This document shows positions 40,855 to 51,032 of a DNA stretch of 64,000 bases, piece after piece. Position 1 is the stretch's first letter. Each line of letters begins with the position of its first letter. The stretch is from NCBI GenBank assembly GCA_963665275.2, contig CAXXIN010000013.1, positions 256,001-320,000 on the forward strand. Reading direction: 5' to 3'. This stretch comes from Negativicutes bacterium (lineage in GTDB: Bacteria > Bacillota > Negativicutes > UBA1444). The notes under the pieces were generated by a model. That model made no database searches, was not told the DNA's origin, and saw only the letters and a list, made by a program, of their open reading frames with translations. A program made the translations under genes and the position numbers.

Positions 40855-41331
40855 TTATCGGCTAATGGCGCCTTTTTCATGCAGATCCTTGATCATGGCC
40901 CAAACAACTTCCGCGCCCGTTCCGGGAGTAATTGCCTTGTATTCCGCATTCTTTGACTCATCCGTGCTGAGGATCCGTCCCTGGACGTCATAAAGAACTC
41001 CATAAATCACGGCCGCCTTCTTGTTATTGAGGTCCACTTTATATTTGAGTTCGACGGCAGTGGTGTCCGGCGGACATCCAATACTTAACAGCTTGGCATA
41101 ATCCGGATCGCCTTTGCCATCGAAGACTGTTTTCCCCCAGAACACGACGAGGGGATTTTTGCTGGAGCTCCCCTCCGCGTAACTCATTTTCGTATCATAG
41201 TAATATTTTGTTCCATATGCACTTTCATGTAGCTTGCTCTCCAGCAGCTTCCATTCCGCACTGCAACTCGTCGGTATCCATAGCACCAATAGCAGAATAA
41301 ACAGCAACACCGCCCTGTTTTTCACAAGCAC
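40855..41331 (-). CDS. Hypothetical exported protein (surface-adhesin-E-like pattern)
   Basis: Signal peptide, WKLL...YYYD...VFWGK...YDVQGRIL...ITPGT. Confidence 0.6.
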   Translation of the reverse strand: MLVKNRAVLLFILLLVLWIPTSCSAEWKLLESKLHESAYGTKYYYDTKMSYAEGSSSKNPLVVFWGKTVFDGKGDPDYAKLLSIGCPPDTTAVELKYKVDLNNKKAAVIYGVLYDVQGRILSTDESKNAEYKAITPGTGAEVVWAMIKDLHEKGAISR

Positions 41332-41502
41332 GTCTCCCCTGCATTGAAATCCGCCGGAACGATTTTGGGTGTAAAGACTTTTTCGTCATCTTCATCCAAA
41401 ATCCTCTATGGTCGACGGATATCGAACCAAAATAAGCAAAGGCGGCGTTGACGTTTGGCATCAACACCGCCTTTCCTATTCATTCAGGAATGGAATACAG
41501 AC

Positions 41503-42897
41503 TTATGCTTTGGGTGCGCAAGCATCCGGGTTCGTCGCACTGCAATCTTCCAGGTTCTTGCCTTTGGTCTCGGTCCCCAGAATCCCGACGGCCGCAGCCG
41601 CCAGAATAAAGCCAACCGCGACGACCGACAAGGTCATGTACAAGCCGATAAGCGGATACAGATAACCGACAACCGTCGGCGCCAGCACGCCGCCAATACG
41701 ACCCCAGGACATGGCGGTTCCCGTACCGGTTCCACGCACTTCCGTCGGGTAGTTCTCCGGTGTGTAAGCGTATACGACAGAGTATGCTCCAGCCAGGAAC
41801 AGCACTGACAGCGATCCAAACGCCAGCATGATTTCCACCGGCAGTTTTTGCGACAGCGCCCAGCCATACATCACACTGGTAATGCCGGCCAGGGTCAGAT
41901 AAACCACGATAGGCATTTTCCGGCCGACTTTATCCGCCAGATATGATCCGAAAATTCCGCTGGGAATCCAAACCAAGTTCATGATCAATACATAGCCGAT
42001 GGACGCAACCATGGAATAACCCGAGTTTTTCAACAACGTCGGCAGCCAGGTGTTCAGGCCCCAATAGCCGAACATCAGGCAAAACCATAGAATCCAGAGC
42101 ATCATCGTGCGCCGGGAGTAGTTTGGTTTGAAGAGAACGGCCATTTTATTGCCGGTTTCGGCAAAGACTTTGGGTACAGGCACAGCCACAGGCAATGTTT
42201 TGCCTGTTTCGGCTTCAATGTCTCTTTCCAGTTGGCTTAAATGTTCTTCAGCTTCCGCCGGGCTTCCTTTTACCATGTACCAACGGGGAGATTCAGGAAT
42301 CCCTTTACGCAGGAACCAGACCAACAGTGCCGGGAAAACTCCGGCAAAGAACGCACTCCGCCAGCCATATGTCGGCACCAGCAAGAGAGCAACAGCAGCA
42401 GCAGTCAAAACTCCGCCGCCCCAAAGTGCTTCCGTTAGGCCATTCAGGCGTCCACGATATTCACTGGGCATCATTTCACTGTTATAAGTAAACACAACAG
42501 GCTGTTCCGCTCCCAGCCCCAAGCCGGTGAGAAAGCGCAATACCAAGAGCATCTCATAACTATTTACAAAGCCGGTAAAGAATGTCGCAATAGAAAATGT
42601 CAGCAATGTCACTTTAAAAATCTTCAACCGACCAAATAAGTCGGCGAGGATTCCGCCCGACAGTGCTCCGCAGAACATCCCCAGGAACGAAATGCTGAAA
42701 GAAAGACCGATTTGAACAGGCGAAAGGCCGAGATCTTTTGCCAATGCCGGCATGACGAAACTCAGCAGCATGATATCGAATGCGTCAAATAGGTATCCCG
42801 CCGCCGTCAAGGAGTAGATCTTTTTGTGCACCTTGGAAAATGGCAATCGTTCCATTCGTCCAACCAGTTCTTCCATGGTCAATGTGTTTGTTGACAT
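41503..42897 (-). CDS. MFS metabolite:H+ symporter, NiaP-like (candidate nicotinate transporter)
   Basis: YLFDAFD, LADLFGR, RFLTGLGLG, PESPRW, YTPENYPTEVRGTG; directly downstream of the nicotinate genes. Confidence 0.82.
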   Translation of the reverse strand: MSTNTLTMEELVGRMERLPFSKVHKKIYSLTAAGYLFDAFDIMLLSFVMPALAKDLGLSPVQIGLSFSISFLGMFCGALSGGILADLFGRLKIFKVTLLTFSIATFFTGFVNSYEMLLVLRFLTGLGLGAEQPVVFTYNSEMMPSEYRGRLNGLTEALWGGGVLTAAAVALLLVPTYGWRSAFFAGVFPALLVWFLRKGIPESPRWYMVKGSPAEAEEHLSQLERDIEAETGKTLPVAVPVPKVFAETGNKMAVLFKPNYSRRTMMLWILWFCLMFGYWGLNTWLPTLLKNSGYSMVASIGYVLIMNLVWIPSGIFGSYLADKVGRKMPIVVYLTLAGITSVMYGWALSQKLPVEIMLAFGSLSVLFLAGAYSVVYAYTPENYPTEVRGTGTGTAMSWGRIGGVLAPTVVGYLYPLIGLYMTLSVVAVGFILAAAAVGILGTETKGKNLEDCSATNPDACAPKA

Positions 42898-43043
42898 CCT
42901 AGATAGCCTCCTTATTTACATTATGATGCAATGAGTCCTTTCAGCTGGTCCCTGTACCCCGTTCTGCTTTGCACGGATCACTCCTCTCAACGTCGTAGCA
43001 ATTGCGAAGGCGGTTTTACGACTATAGTGCTATATCTTGATGG

Positions 43044-43925
43044 CTAGAGAACTTGTTCCCAGCCGCCAAAAACTTGTCCCAGCGCGGAATCGACAGCACG
43101 GCGGATAATGGCGGGACCGGCCTGCTTTTTGTACACAGCCGAAGCGCGTTCCCCGAGCGTCGCACTGATCTCTTTTAAGGCCGCTTTGACGCAGTTGTCA
43201 CGGTTGCTATGCGTCAGGCTGCAGTTCTGCCAGATGTTTTCCGCCGTTCTGACCCGAAACGGGTTTTTCGCCACGGAACCCACGGCAATCCGGCAGTCGG
43301 TGCAGGTCATGTCCGCTTCGTCGTAGCCAACGATAGCGGCCACGCTCACCCGTGAAATGGCCAGAGATTTTCTGCGGCCCAGTTTGACGAAGGCGCTCCC
43401 GGTCTTCGGCGCCAGCGCCTTGAATGAAATCCCTGCCAATACCTCGCCAGGGGCGATATCCGTCTTGCAGATACCGAGCAAGAACTCTTCGAGTCCCAGT
43501 TCTCTTTCACCCGCTTGGGAAACAAGACGCAGTCTGGCATCCAGCGCCATCAAGGCTGGTACCGAATCGGCGGCAGGCGAACCTTTGACAATGTTGCCCC
43601 CGACAGTGCCGCGATTTCGGATCTGGGGCGATCCGACGGATTGTGCGGCCTGCGCCAGCACAAAGGCATTCTCGCGAATGATTTGCGACTCCACAATTTC
43701 GGTGAAGGTCGTGGCCGGTCCGAGGTGAATCGTGTCCCCCTCAAGTCGGACCCCCTTCATTTCAGAGAGTTTGGTAATATCCACGAGACATTCCGTCTGG
43801 TGTCCGGCGCGAATTTCCACCATCACGTCGGTCCCACCGGCTATGATCATGGCCCCGTCTTTCTTTTCGGCCAGAATGTCCAGCAGTTCAGGCATCGTCC
43901 TCGGTGCGTAATACAAGTAACTCAT
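43044..43925 (-). CDS. ndhF: Nicotinate dehydrogenase FAD subunit (xanthine dehydrogenase family)
   Basis: IAGGTD, SVGSPQIRNRGTVGGNI...SPAAD, KLGRRKSLAIS; supplies the subunit missing from ndhSLM. Confidence 0.82.
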   Translation of the reverse strand: MSYLYYAPRTMPELLDILAEKKDGAMIIAGGTDVMVEIRAGHQTECLVDITKLSEMKGVRLEGDTIHLGPATTFTEIVESQIIRENAFVLAQAAQSVGSPQIRNRGTVGGNIVKGSPAADSVPALMALDARLRLVSQAGERELGLEEFLLGICKTDIAPGEVLAGISFKALAPKTGSAFVKLGRRKSLAISRVSVAAIVGYDEADMTCTDCRIAVGSVAKNPFRVRTAENIWQNCSLTHSNRDNCVKAALKEISATLGERASAVYKKQAGPAIIRRAVDSALGQVFGGWEQVL

Positions 43926-43944
43926 AAGCAGCCTCCTTATCGGC

Positions 43945-44817
43945 CTATTTGGAAGGCAGCAGGAATTTGTCTTCGATCTCGCGTACTGCCGGCAATCCGA
44001 CCAGTTCATTGAACTGCTGGAACGGGATCATCTCGCCCATCATCGCCTGAGTTGTGCCAGTGGTCTTCAGTTCCTGCATGACGCGGGTCACTGCCTGCGC
44101 CGTAATATAGGTCGAGGATGTGGGGAAAATGACCAGAGCGTAGCCCAGTTCCTGCAGTTCCTGCGCAGTCATGAGCGGCGTGCGTCCCCCTTCGACCATG
44201 TTCGCCAACACCGGGATATTGAAGCTGGAAGTGATCAGTTTCATTTCTTCCAGGCTTTCCGGCGACTCAATGAATAGAACATCCGCTCCCGCTTCGGCAA
44301 AAGCCTTCCCACGGCGAAGCGCTTCTTCAATCCCCAGATTCGTCCGAGCATCGGTCCGGGCAATGATCACAAAATCGGGATCCTGTCGGGCTGAGACCGC
44401 CGCTTTGATTTTGCTGACCATTTCTTCCAGAGGCACTACTTGGCGACCGGTCATGTGACCGCATTTTTTCGGCGCCACTTGGTCTTCCAACTGAATGGCA
44501 GCTACTCCGGCTGCTTCATATTCCTGCACGGTACGCATTACGTTGATCACGTTGCCGAATCCGGTGTCGCCGTCGGCAATTACCGGGACATCGACCGCAG
44601 CTGCGAAATTGCGGGCCCGCATGACCATTTCGGTCATCGTCATCAGTCCGACGTCAGGGCCGCCCAGATGACTGGCCGCCTGCCCGTATCCCGTGAAATA
44701 GACCGCATCGAAACCAGCTTTGGCGACAATTTTCGCCGACAGGGCATCATGAGCACCAGGAGCTACTAGTATTTGCGGCTGAGCGAGCAGCTCTCGCAAT
44801 CTTGTTGTTTTTTTCAT
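43945..44817 (-). CDS. dml: (2R,3S)-dimethylmalate lyase (ICL/PEP-mutase family)
   Basis: PGAHDALSA, ADGDTGFG, LEDQVAPKKCGH, IARTDA, ANMVEGGRTP; pathway context. Confidence 0.85.
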   Translation of the reverse strand: MKKTTRLRELLAQPQILVAPGAHDALSAKIVAKAGFDAVYFTGYGQAASHLGGPDVGLMTMTEMVMRARNFAAAVDVPVIADGDTGFGNVINVMRTVQEYEAAGVAAIQLEDQVAPKKCGHMTGRQVVPLEEMVSKIKAAVSARQDPDFVIIARTDARTNLGIEEALRRGKAFAEAGADVLFIESPESLEEMKLITSSFNIPVLANMVEGGRTPLMTAQELQELGYALVIFPTSSTYITAQAVTRVMQELKTTGTTQAMMGEMIPFQQFNELVGLPAVREIEDKFLLPSK

Positions 44818-44835
44818 AGGTTCCACCTCTCTCGG

Positions 44836-46281
44836 CTACTTAACGCCGAAATGTTTTTTGGCAAATCGCAGGGCTGCTGTCGGATGATATTGCGCCAACA
44901 CCCCGATCGCGTAAGTCAGATAATTTCCATCCACAATAATCCTGGCATGTTTCGGCAACAGCGATATTCCCGGCCGGTTCAGCGCTGCTGCAACAATCGC
45001 TTGGGCCTCCTCCTCGGAGGAATGGGCGAAGACTCCGCCCACAGCCAGTACCACTTCGACCTGCCGCAAATCCCGTCCGATCGGAGTTCCCGGGATCACG
45101 CCCATCACCGGATCGAAATGTTCGGCGATGTAGCCGGCATGACGTTTGAGCGCCACTTCGACCGCCACTTCCGCCATTACGCGGTCCAGCTTCACTTCTA
45201 TTTCATTTTCTGCCAGATGCTCCGGGCTCGCTTCCAGCTGCGCGGCATAATCAACGACAGCCTTCTCCCCTGCCTCGCCTTCAAGTCCAGCCCGCAGGGC
45301 AATCGCTTTTTCACCGACCGCTTCCACGATGCCCCGCGCGCTGACACGCAGGCCCAAATTCCCTTCGACCGTCCGATAAGCCGGCTGCTTCTCATTGGTA
45401 AGAACCAGCCCCTTTTCTTCGATCGACAGTTCTTCCAGGTGCGGCAGTACGGAGTGGATATCTGTCGTCGCACCGCCGAGATCGACCACTACCAGCCCGC
45501 CGATCCCGTCTTCTTCCTTCGTGCCGCGTGCGATGAGCTCCGCTGCCATCAGGATGGCCCCTGGGGTGGGGACCACTTTTTTCACGCTCAATCGGTCCAG
45601 TAGTTTCGAAAGGCCCTTGGCTTTCGTGATCTGGTCGATGAAGTGTTCGTGGATTGCCTCACGCGCCGGTTTGACTTTCAATTCGTGAATCGTCGGCATG
45701 ACGTTGGGTACCCTGACTGTCTGAAATCCGGCCTCCCGCAGCAACCCGTCCACCCTCGGTTGGGCCGCCTGATTGCCTGCGACCACTACCGCCGCCTTCA
45801 CTTTGCTATCAACGATGATTTTCGCATCCGCGATCAATGCATCCGTTTCACCGCCGTCGGTCCCGCCTGCGAGCAAAATGATATCCGGGCGGATCTCGCG
45901 CAGCATCTCCAGCTTCTGTTCGGGGTGATCGTCGTAGGACATCACCTCGAGCACGCGGGCGCCGGCGCTCATGGCAACTTCTTTGGCCGCTTTGGCCGTC
46001 ACTCTGGGCATATAGCCCATCGCCACCATGCGCAGGCCCCCTGCGGCGCTGGATGCCGCATAGGTACTGTCGGCAACCAATCTTTCTCTGCCGATGCCGG
46101 CAGCAATCGCCGTCGAAGCATTCGCGAGACCGATCTCAATGTCTTCGACGGTCGTCGGCGCCTGGGCTCTGCCCAGCCAGGACAGTTCCTGTCTGTTCAT
46201 CTCGAACGCACTCGCTTTGGTAAAGGTGCTGCCCACGTCAAATACCAATAGGGTTTTCGGCTTTTCGTCCAATGTTTGCAT
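44836..46281 (-). CDS. GlmL/MutL-type B12-mutase reactivating ATPase
   Basis: DVGSTFTK, SSAAGGLRM, LLAGGTDGG, PTPGA, DLGGATTD, RTVEGNLG; two genes from mgm. Confidence 0.88.
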   Translation of the reverse strand: MQTLDEKPKTLLVFDVGSTFTKASAFEMNRQELSWLGRAQAPTTVEDIEIGLANASTAIAAGIGRERLVADSTYAASSAAGGLRMVAMGYMPRVTAKAAKEVAMSAGARVLEVMSYDDHPEQKLEMLREIRPDIILLAGGTDGGETDALIADAKIIVDSKVKAAVVVAGNQAAQPRVDGLLREAGFQTVRVPNVMPTIHELKVKPAREAIHEHFIDQITKAKGLSKLLDRLSVKKVVPTPGAILMAAELIARGTKEEDGIGGLVVVDLGGATTDIHSVLPHLEELSIEEKGLVLTNEKQPAYRTVEGNLGLRVSARGIVEAVGEKAIALRAGLEGEAGEKAVVDYAAQLEASPEHLAENEIEVKLDRVMAEVAVEVALKRHAGYIAEHFDPVMGVIPGTPIGRDLRQVEVVLAVGGVFAHSSEEEAQAIVAAALNRPGISLLPKHARIIVDGNYLTYAIGVLAQYHPTAALRFAKKHFGVK

Positions 46282-46292
46282 GAAAACGTCCC

Positions 46293-47447
46293 CTACTTTT
46301 TCTCAGGGATCACATACACCGATCCGTCCATGATCCGCCGCGCCGTGCGGGAAATCGCGGCCCGCGTGATGGCCACTTTGCCGTCAGCAAGATCCGAAGC
46401 CATTTCGATATCGATCACGCCTGCCGGATGTCCAATGCGCAACAATTTTTTCTCGCGCGGTTTGTTGATCTGTTCATACACCACCGTACCGGGGATCACC
46501 GCCGCAGAACCTGTGCACACCGTGCCGGTTCCCGCATACGTCTTGTGGATGACCTGCATGAACATCAGCCGGGAAACCACGTCGACGTCGCTGGCTTTGA
46601 TGGGATTGCCTGTGGTGAAGTCGGTATAATCCTGGGGCGGACTGACGAAAGCGATCATCGGGAAAGCCGGTACAAGTTCCAGCGCCTCAGCCGGATCTTT
46701 GGCCATTCCCATAATCACCGCGGCAGCACCGCGGATGCTCTCGAGCGTCTTCAGCAGTTCGGGGTTGGAGTTGACCTGCTGCGGTGTTTCGATCCCGGTC
46801 AGGCCGAGATCTTTGGCCCGCACGAATACCATCGGATTGGCCACATCAACCAAGCTGGCTTCAATTTTGCCAAAGCCGGGGATTTCCAGAACATCGACCG
46901 GGTTTCCGGTCGGCAGCAGCTTCTTGGTTACAGCGCCAGTCGTATCCGAATAATCCAGCATGATCATCGCGCCGGTACCCGGAACTCCGTCGCACACGCA
47001 ATCCCCCAGAACCGCAGCTTTGCCGTCGACTGTCGGCACATCGGCGATAATGAGTTTTCCGGTGTTCGTGTTATGGATGCGTACGGTGGTGATGCCTTCC
47101 TGACACCGCACCAGTCCTTCATCAATCGCGAAAGGTCCGACTGCGGAGGAAATGTTGCCGCAGTTGCCGCTGTAATCGATGTATGGTTTATTGATGCTGA
47201 CCTGACCGAAGGTATAGTCGACATCGGCATCCGGGCGGGATGAAGGGCCGATGATGGCCAGTTTGCTTGTCAGAGGGTCGGCCCCGCCCAGCCCGTCGAT
47301 CTGACGGACATCCGGGCTGCCGAATACTTTCAGGATCACTTTGTCGCGTGCAGCGTGATCGCGCGGCAGATCGTTTTCCATGAGAAACATTGCCTTACTC
47401 GTACCGCCGCGCAGAATCGCGCAGCGAATTTTTTCCATTTGGGCCAT
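46293..47447 (-). CDS. mii: 3-methylitaconate isomerase (PrpF family)
   Basis: RGGTSKA, QIDGLGGADPLTSK, GNCGNI, HKTYAGTG, RTARRIMDG. Confidence 0.88.
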   Translation of the reverse strand: MAQMEKIRCAILRGGTSKAMFLMENDLPRDHAARDKVILKVFGSPDVRQIDGLGGADPLTSKLAIIGPSSRPDADVDYTFGQVSINKPYIDYSGNCGNISSAVGPFAIDEGLVRCQEGITTVRIHNTNTGKLIIADVPTVDGKAAVLGDCVCDGVPGTGAMIMLDYSDTTGAVTKKLLPTGNPVDVLEIPGFGKIEASLVDVANPMVFVRAKDLGLTGIETPQQVNSNPELLKTLESIRGAAAVIMGMAKDPAEALELVPAFPMIAFVSPPQDYTDFTTGNPIKASDVDVVSRLMFMQVIHKTYAGTGTVCTGSAAVIPGTVVYEQINKPREKKLLRIGHPAGVIDIEMASDLADGKVAITRAAISRTARRIMDGSVYVIPEKK

Positions 47448-47448
47448 C

Positions 47449-49290
47449 TTATTTCCCCTCCTCGACGTTCTTCTGAATCCACTCGATCACTTTTTCCGGC
47501 GGTGTGCCCGGGCCAAAGAACGCATCCACACCCAGGAACCCAGTCCCCTGGGTTTTGATTTTTTCTTCCATTGCTGCATGTTCTTCTTCCTTTTCCGCGG
47601 CGCGGCCCCCGGCAATGACCTTGATCTTGTCGCGCTGACCCAGTTGAGACAGACGGGCGCTGATACGGGGGAACAGGATCGTACCCATGCCGAGCAGATT
47701 CCCGGCGCCGATGACGTCCGCCTTGGCTTCAGCGGCAATTTCCGCAACGGTTTCCGGCAAATTCATCCCCCGCAGGAAGATGACTTCGTATCCGGCCTGC
47801 GACATCGCTTCCTTGATGGTGTTGATCCCGACCACATGAGCGTCGGCGCCCACTGTGGCCAGCACAATCTTCGTCTTTTTGCTGACTGGTTTCGCCGAAT
47901 CAACATGTACATCTTCGGTCGTGAAGGAAACCTTTTCCTGCGGCACCTCAGCCGGTCCATAACCGACCACATACCGCTTGATTCCGTCTTTGCCGCGATG
48001 CGTCCGCACGCCGCGTTTCAGATCCCATCCACCGGCCTGCGGCGCATCCAGAACGCCTTTTTTGCCTGCCGAAACAATGTTTTCGACGAGGTCATCCAGC
48101 CCATAGGACTGCCAGAAGGCCGGGTTGATCTCGCCGGGCGCCAGCTCTCGCCGGCCGAGCACCGAGCAGAGCACCGCCATGGCCTCGGTCAGAATTTCAT
48201 TCTTTCGATAATCGATGGCCGGATCATTGATCGTCAAAGGCACAATGCTTTCAAATACGTTTTGCGACGCCCAGATGGCCTTGGCCATGGAAGCGCCGGT
48301 TGGAATGCCGACCGACTCCGCGGCTTTCGGGCGATAGAAATCCGCGCCACCGAGTTTCGCGCTCATCGCCATGCGGGCAAAATGCGCCGATTCCACTATC
48401 AGATCAGGCGGCGGGTTTTGGAAGGTCTCAGGCACGACAATCAGCGATCCGCTCCACATGGTCTCCCGGAACGCCCGCATGGCGGCGATATCCGCGAGCA
48501 GATTGATGCCGGCAACATTCATTTGTAACGCGCTGAGTTCGGGTGGCAATTTGGCATGTACTGCCAAACCTTCAGCCAACAGACACATGGCCAGAGCCAT
48601 GCCGTCCGTGCCGCCGATGTTGTTCAGATGCTTATGCGATTCGATCTGAGCCGAGACTTTGTTTTCGGCGCAGATTTCCATCGTTTTAAAGCCATTTTTG
48701 ACTTTTGTCTTGTAGTCATGAATCCCGCGTCCACCAAAATGCACATGGATGACCGGGCCGATATCGGTGCCGTCAAAACCCGCGATCATGGCATTGATGA
48801 CCGAAAGGTGAGGCGTGTCGCCGGTGGCGTTGATTCGCATGGGATGTTTGGCGCCGCCGCCCATGGCGACATATTCGCGTTCACCTGCCGGTGTGATGCC
48901 GCCTTTGCCTCGCGACTGCTCGATCAGCTCCGCTCCGTCCTTCGGGTCGATGTGACGGGTGGCTTCGGAGTGCACGAAGTGGAACAGGGTGATTCCCAGC
49001 TCTTCCGCCACCTTATACATCTCGATCGATTCTTTCATGGTCTCTTCTGCTGAGTTGCGTCCCAAGATCGGGTTCTGCACCGGTATCTTCGTACGCTTCG
49101 CCTGTTGGGACAGTTCCCAGATGCGGTGACCGCCGCGTTCGACGCCATGAACCATTCTCGGATATGGCGCGGGCAGGCCGTCCACATCGCCGTCCGGCGT
49201 TACTTTTGGCATGGGCACGTTAAAGACCCGTTCATAGGCCTGAACTCGTTCATAATCGTCGACGATAATCTGCTTTGTGCGTTCCTGCAT
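47449..49290 (-). CDS. mgm: Coenzyme B12-dependent 2-methyleneglutarate mutase
   Basis: 613 aa; C-terminal cobalamin domain with DxHxxG (GADAHVVG), GGR, FGPGT; flanked by mii and dmdAB. Confidence 0.88.
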   Translation of the reverse strand: MQERTKQIIVDDYERVQAYERVFNVPMPKVTPDGDVDGLPAPYPRMVHGVERGGHRIWELSQQAKRTKIPVQNPILGRNSAEETMKESIEMYKVAEELGITLFHFVHSEATRHIDPKDGAELIEQSRGKGGITPAGEREYVAMGGGAKHPMRINATGDTPHLSVINAMIAGFDGTDIGPVIHVHFGGRGIHDYKTKVKNGFKTMEICAENKVSAQIESHKHLNNIGGTDGMALAMCLLAEGLAVHAKLPPELSALQMNVAGINLLADIAAMRAFRETMWSGSLIVVPETFQNPPPDLIVESAHFARMAMSAKLGGADFYRPKAAESVGIPTGASMAKAIWASQNVFESIVPLTINDPAIDYRKNEILTEAMAVLCSVLGRRELAPGEINPAFWQSYGLDDLVENIVSAGKKGVLDAPQAGGWDLKRGVRTHRGKDGIKRYVVGYGPAEVPQEKVSFTTEDVHVDSAKPVSKKTKIVLATVGADAHVVGINTIKEAMSQAGYEVIFLRGMNLPETVAEIAAEAKADVIGAGNLLGMGTILFPRISARLSQLGQRDKIKVIAGGRAAEKEEEHAAMEEKIKTQGTGFLGVDAFFGPGTPPEKVIEWIQKNVEEGK

Positions 49291-49294
49291 CTTT

Positions 49295-49804
49295 CTATAT
49301 CTCCTTTGTTGCCAGCTGTCGGCGCACTTTGGCGATCAGACCGCCTGCCGCCAGGATGGCGATTACATTTTCTCCCGGTACGGTTCCCGTCAGGGTTTCC
49401 CCTGTCGGCAATTGAATTTGCGCGCTGCGGATATCCGCCGTGACAGACTCGCCATCTTTCACTTTGCCGACCAGGTCGGCCTGCAACACCGGCAGCCCGA
49501 TATTGATCGCATTACGGCGGAATATCCGCGCGAAGGATGTTGCGATGATCAGACCGACTCCGGCGTCCTTGAGCGCGAGCGGCGCCTGTTCGCGGCTTGA
49601 ACCGCAGCCGAAATTCGCTCCTGCGATGATAACATCCCCGGCTTTCACCTGCTTGGAAAAGTCGGCAATCTTGCTGCCGGCCATTGCATGATCTTTCAGC
49701 GCCTCACGCGGATAGACCATGGCATAGCCGGGTAAAATCTGGTCGGTGTCAATATTGTCTTCAAAATTCCAGACGCGGCCTGTGCATTTCAATTCATCAA
49801 CCAT
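49295..49804 (-). CDS. dmdB: 2,3-dimethylmalate dehydratase small subunit (LeuD-like)
   Basis: [35 protein letters not shown]. Confidence 0.85.
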   Translation of the reverse strand: MVDELKCTGRVWNFEDNIDTDQILPGYAMVYPREALKDHAMAGSKIADFSKQVKAGDVIIAGANFGCGSSREQAPLALKDAGVGLIIATSFARIFRRNAINIGLPVLQADLVGKVKDGESVTADIRSAQIQLPTGETLTGTVPGENVIAILAAGGLIAKVRRQLATKEI

Positions 49805-51020
49805 GGGCCTTCACCCCTTCCAGCGGCGCAGAGGTTCCCGGTACGACGATCTTCCCGGCGACTGCGGCTTCCGCCGCCGACCGGGCCGATGCGAGGTAGA
49901 TCTGCGCGGTTTTGGCGCCCATTCGTCCTGCGAAATTGCGATTGGTTGTGGATACAACGACATCGTCTGCCGTAGACAGCCCCATATGTCCGCCATAGCA
50001 GGGACCGCAGCCGGGACTGGTCACCGTGGCTCCGGCCTGGTTGAAGATGCGGGTCAGCCCCTCTTCTTCCATTTGCATCGCTACCTGACGTGAAGCAGGT
50101 AAGATGACGCAGTTGACGTCTTCATTCACCGGCGCGTGTTTGAACACGGAGGCGGCGTCACGCATATCACTGATCCGGCCATTGGTGCAGGAACCGATAA
50201 TCACCTGACTCACCGGTTTCCCGGCAAGCTCGGAGATCGGTTTCACATTTGCGGGGAAAGGCGGCGCCGCCATCAACGCCGGAATCTGCCCGACATCGAT
50301 GTGATGGCTTCTGGCCACCGGCCCGACCGCGTCGGCATCTGCCAAAACGGAAAAATAACTCAGCATTGCTCCCATCTCGATGGTCATATTGCTGATCGTC
50401 ATCCTCTCGTCCTGCGAGGCTTCTCGCACCCAGCTGCCTGCGAACAGCACGGCCTGGTCGGTCAAGCCGCCGCCGCCGAACTTCCCGATTAAATATAGAA
50501 TCACATCTTTGGCGCATACGCCGGGGGCCAGCTTTCCGTCCAAAAAGACTGCCTGCACTTCGGGAACCTCAATATCGAGAGTTCCTGTAGCCATGGCCGC
50601 TGCTGCTTCTGTCGAGCCGACCCCGAAAGCCAACGCTCCATAAGCGCCTGCCGTACAAGTGTGCGAGTCCGCACCAACGACAATCGCTCCCCGCGGCAGC
50701 TGGTATCGTTCCGAAATGACCTGATGACAAACGCCTTCCCCTTCGAGGATGGGGAACCCGAATTCATGGGCAAAGGCCCGCATGTCCCGGTGGCTCTGCC
50801 TCGCCTGCACCGAAGGCGCCGGATAGACATGGTCGATGACAAAGAGAACCTTCTTCGGGTCGAACACCTTGTCGACACCGATTTCACGGTAAGGCGCCAA
50901 GGCCAGAGGGGCCGTCACATCATGTGCCATGACCAGATCTACATTGACAGTGATATCCTGCCCCGCTCCGACATTCTGCAAGCCTGCAGCAGCAGCCAGA
51001 TAGCGTTCGATTTCGTTCAA
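49797..51020 (-). CDS. dmdA: 2,3-dimethylmalate dehydratase large subunit (LeuC-like, 4Fe-4S)
   Basis: HD, IDH, GVCHQ, DSHTCT, GSCTNGR, PGCGPC, STTNRNF.GRMG. Confidence 0.85.
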   Translation of the reverse strand: MNEIERYLAAAAGLQNVGAGQDITVNVDLVMAHDVTAPLALAPYREIGVDKVFDPKKVLFVIDHVYPAPSVQARQSHRDMRAFAHEFGFPILEGEGVCHQVISERYQLPRGAIVVGADSHTCTAGAYGALAFGVGSTEAAAAMATGTLDIEVPEVQAVFLDGKLAPGVCAKDVILYLIGKFGGGGLTDQAVLFAGSWVREASQDERMTISNMTIEMGAMLSYFSVLADADAVGPVARSHHIDVGQIPALMAAPPFPANVKPISELAGKPVSQVIIGSCTNGRISDMRDAASVFKHAPVNEDVNCVILPASRQVAMQMEEEGLTRIFNQAGATVTSPGCGPCYGGHMGLSTADDVVVSTTNRNFAGRMGAKTAQIYLASARSAAEAAVAGKIVVPGTSAPLEGVKAHG

Positions 51021-51032
51021 CGCTGTTTCCCC

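Noticed and set aside
43945-47447. Methylcitrate cycle (prpB/prpF) or glutamate mutase interpretation
   Set aside because: No prpC/acnD or glmES; mgm, hgd, ena and hnr context fits nicotinate fermentation
49295-51020. Calling these genes leuCD
   Set aside because: No leuA/leuB nearby; position between hmd and mgm indicates dmdAB
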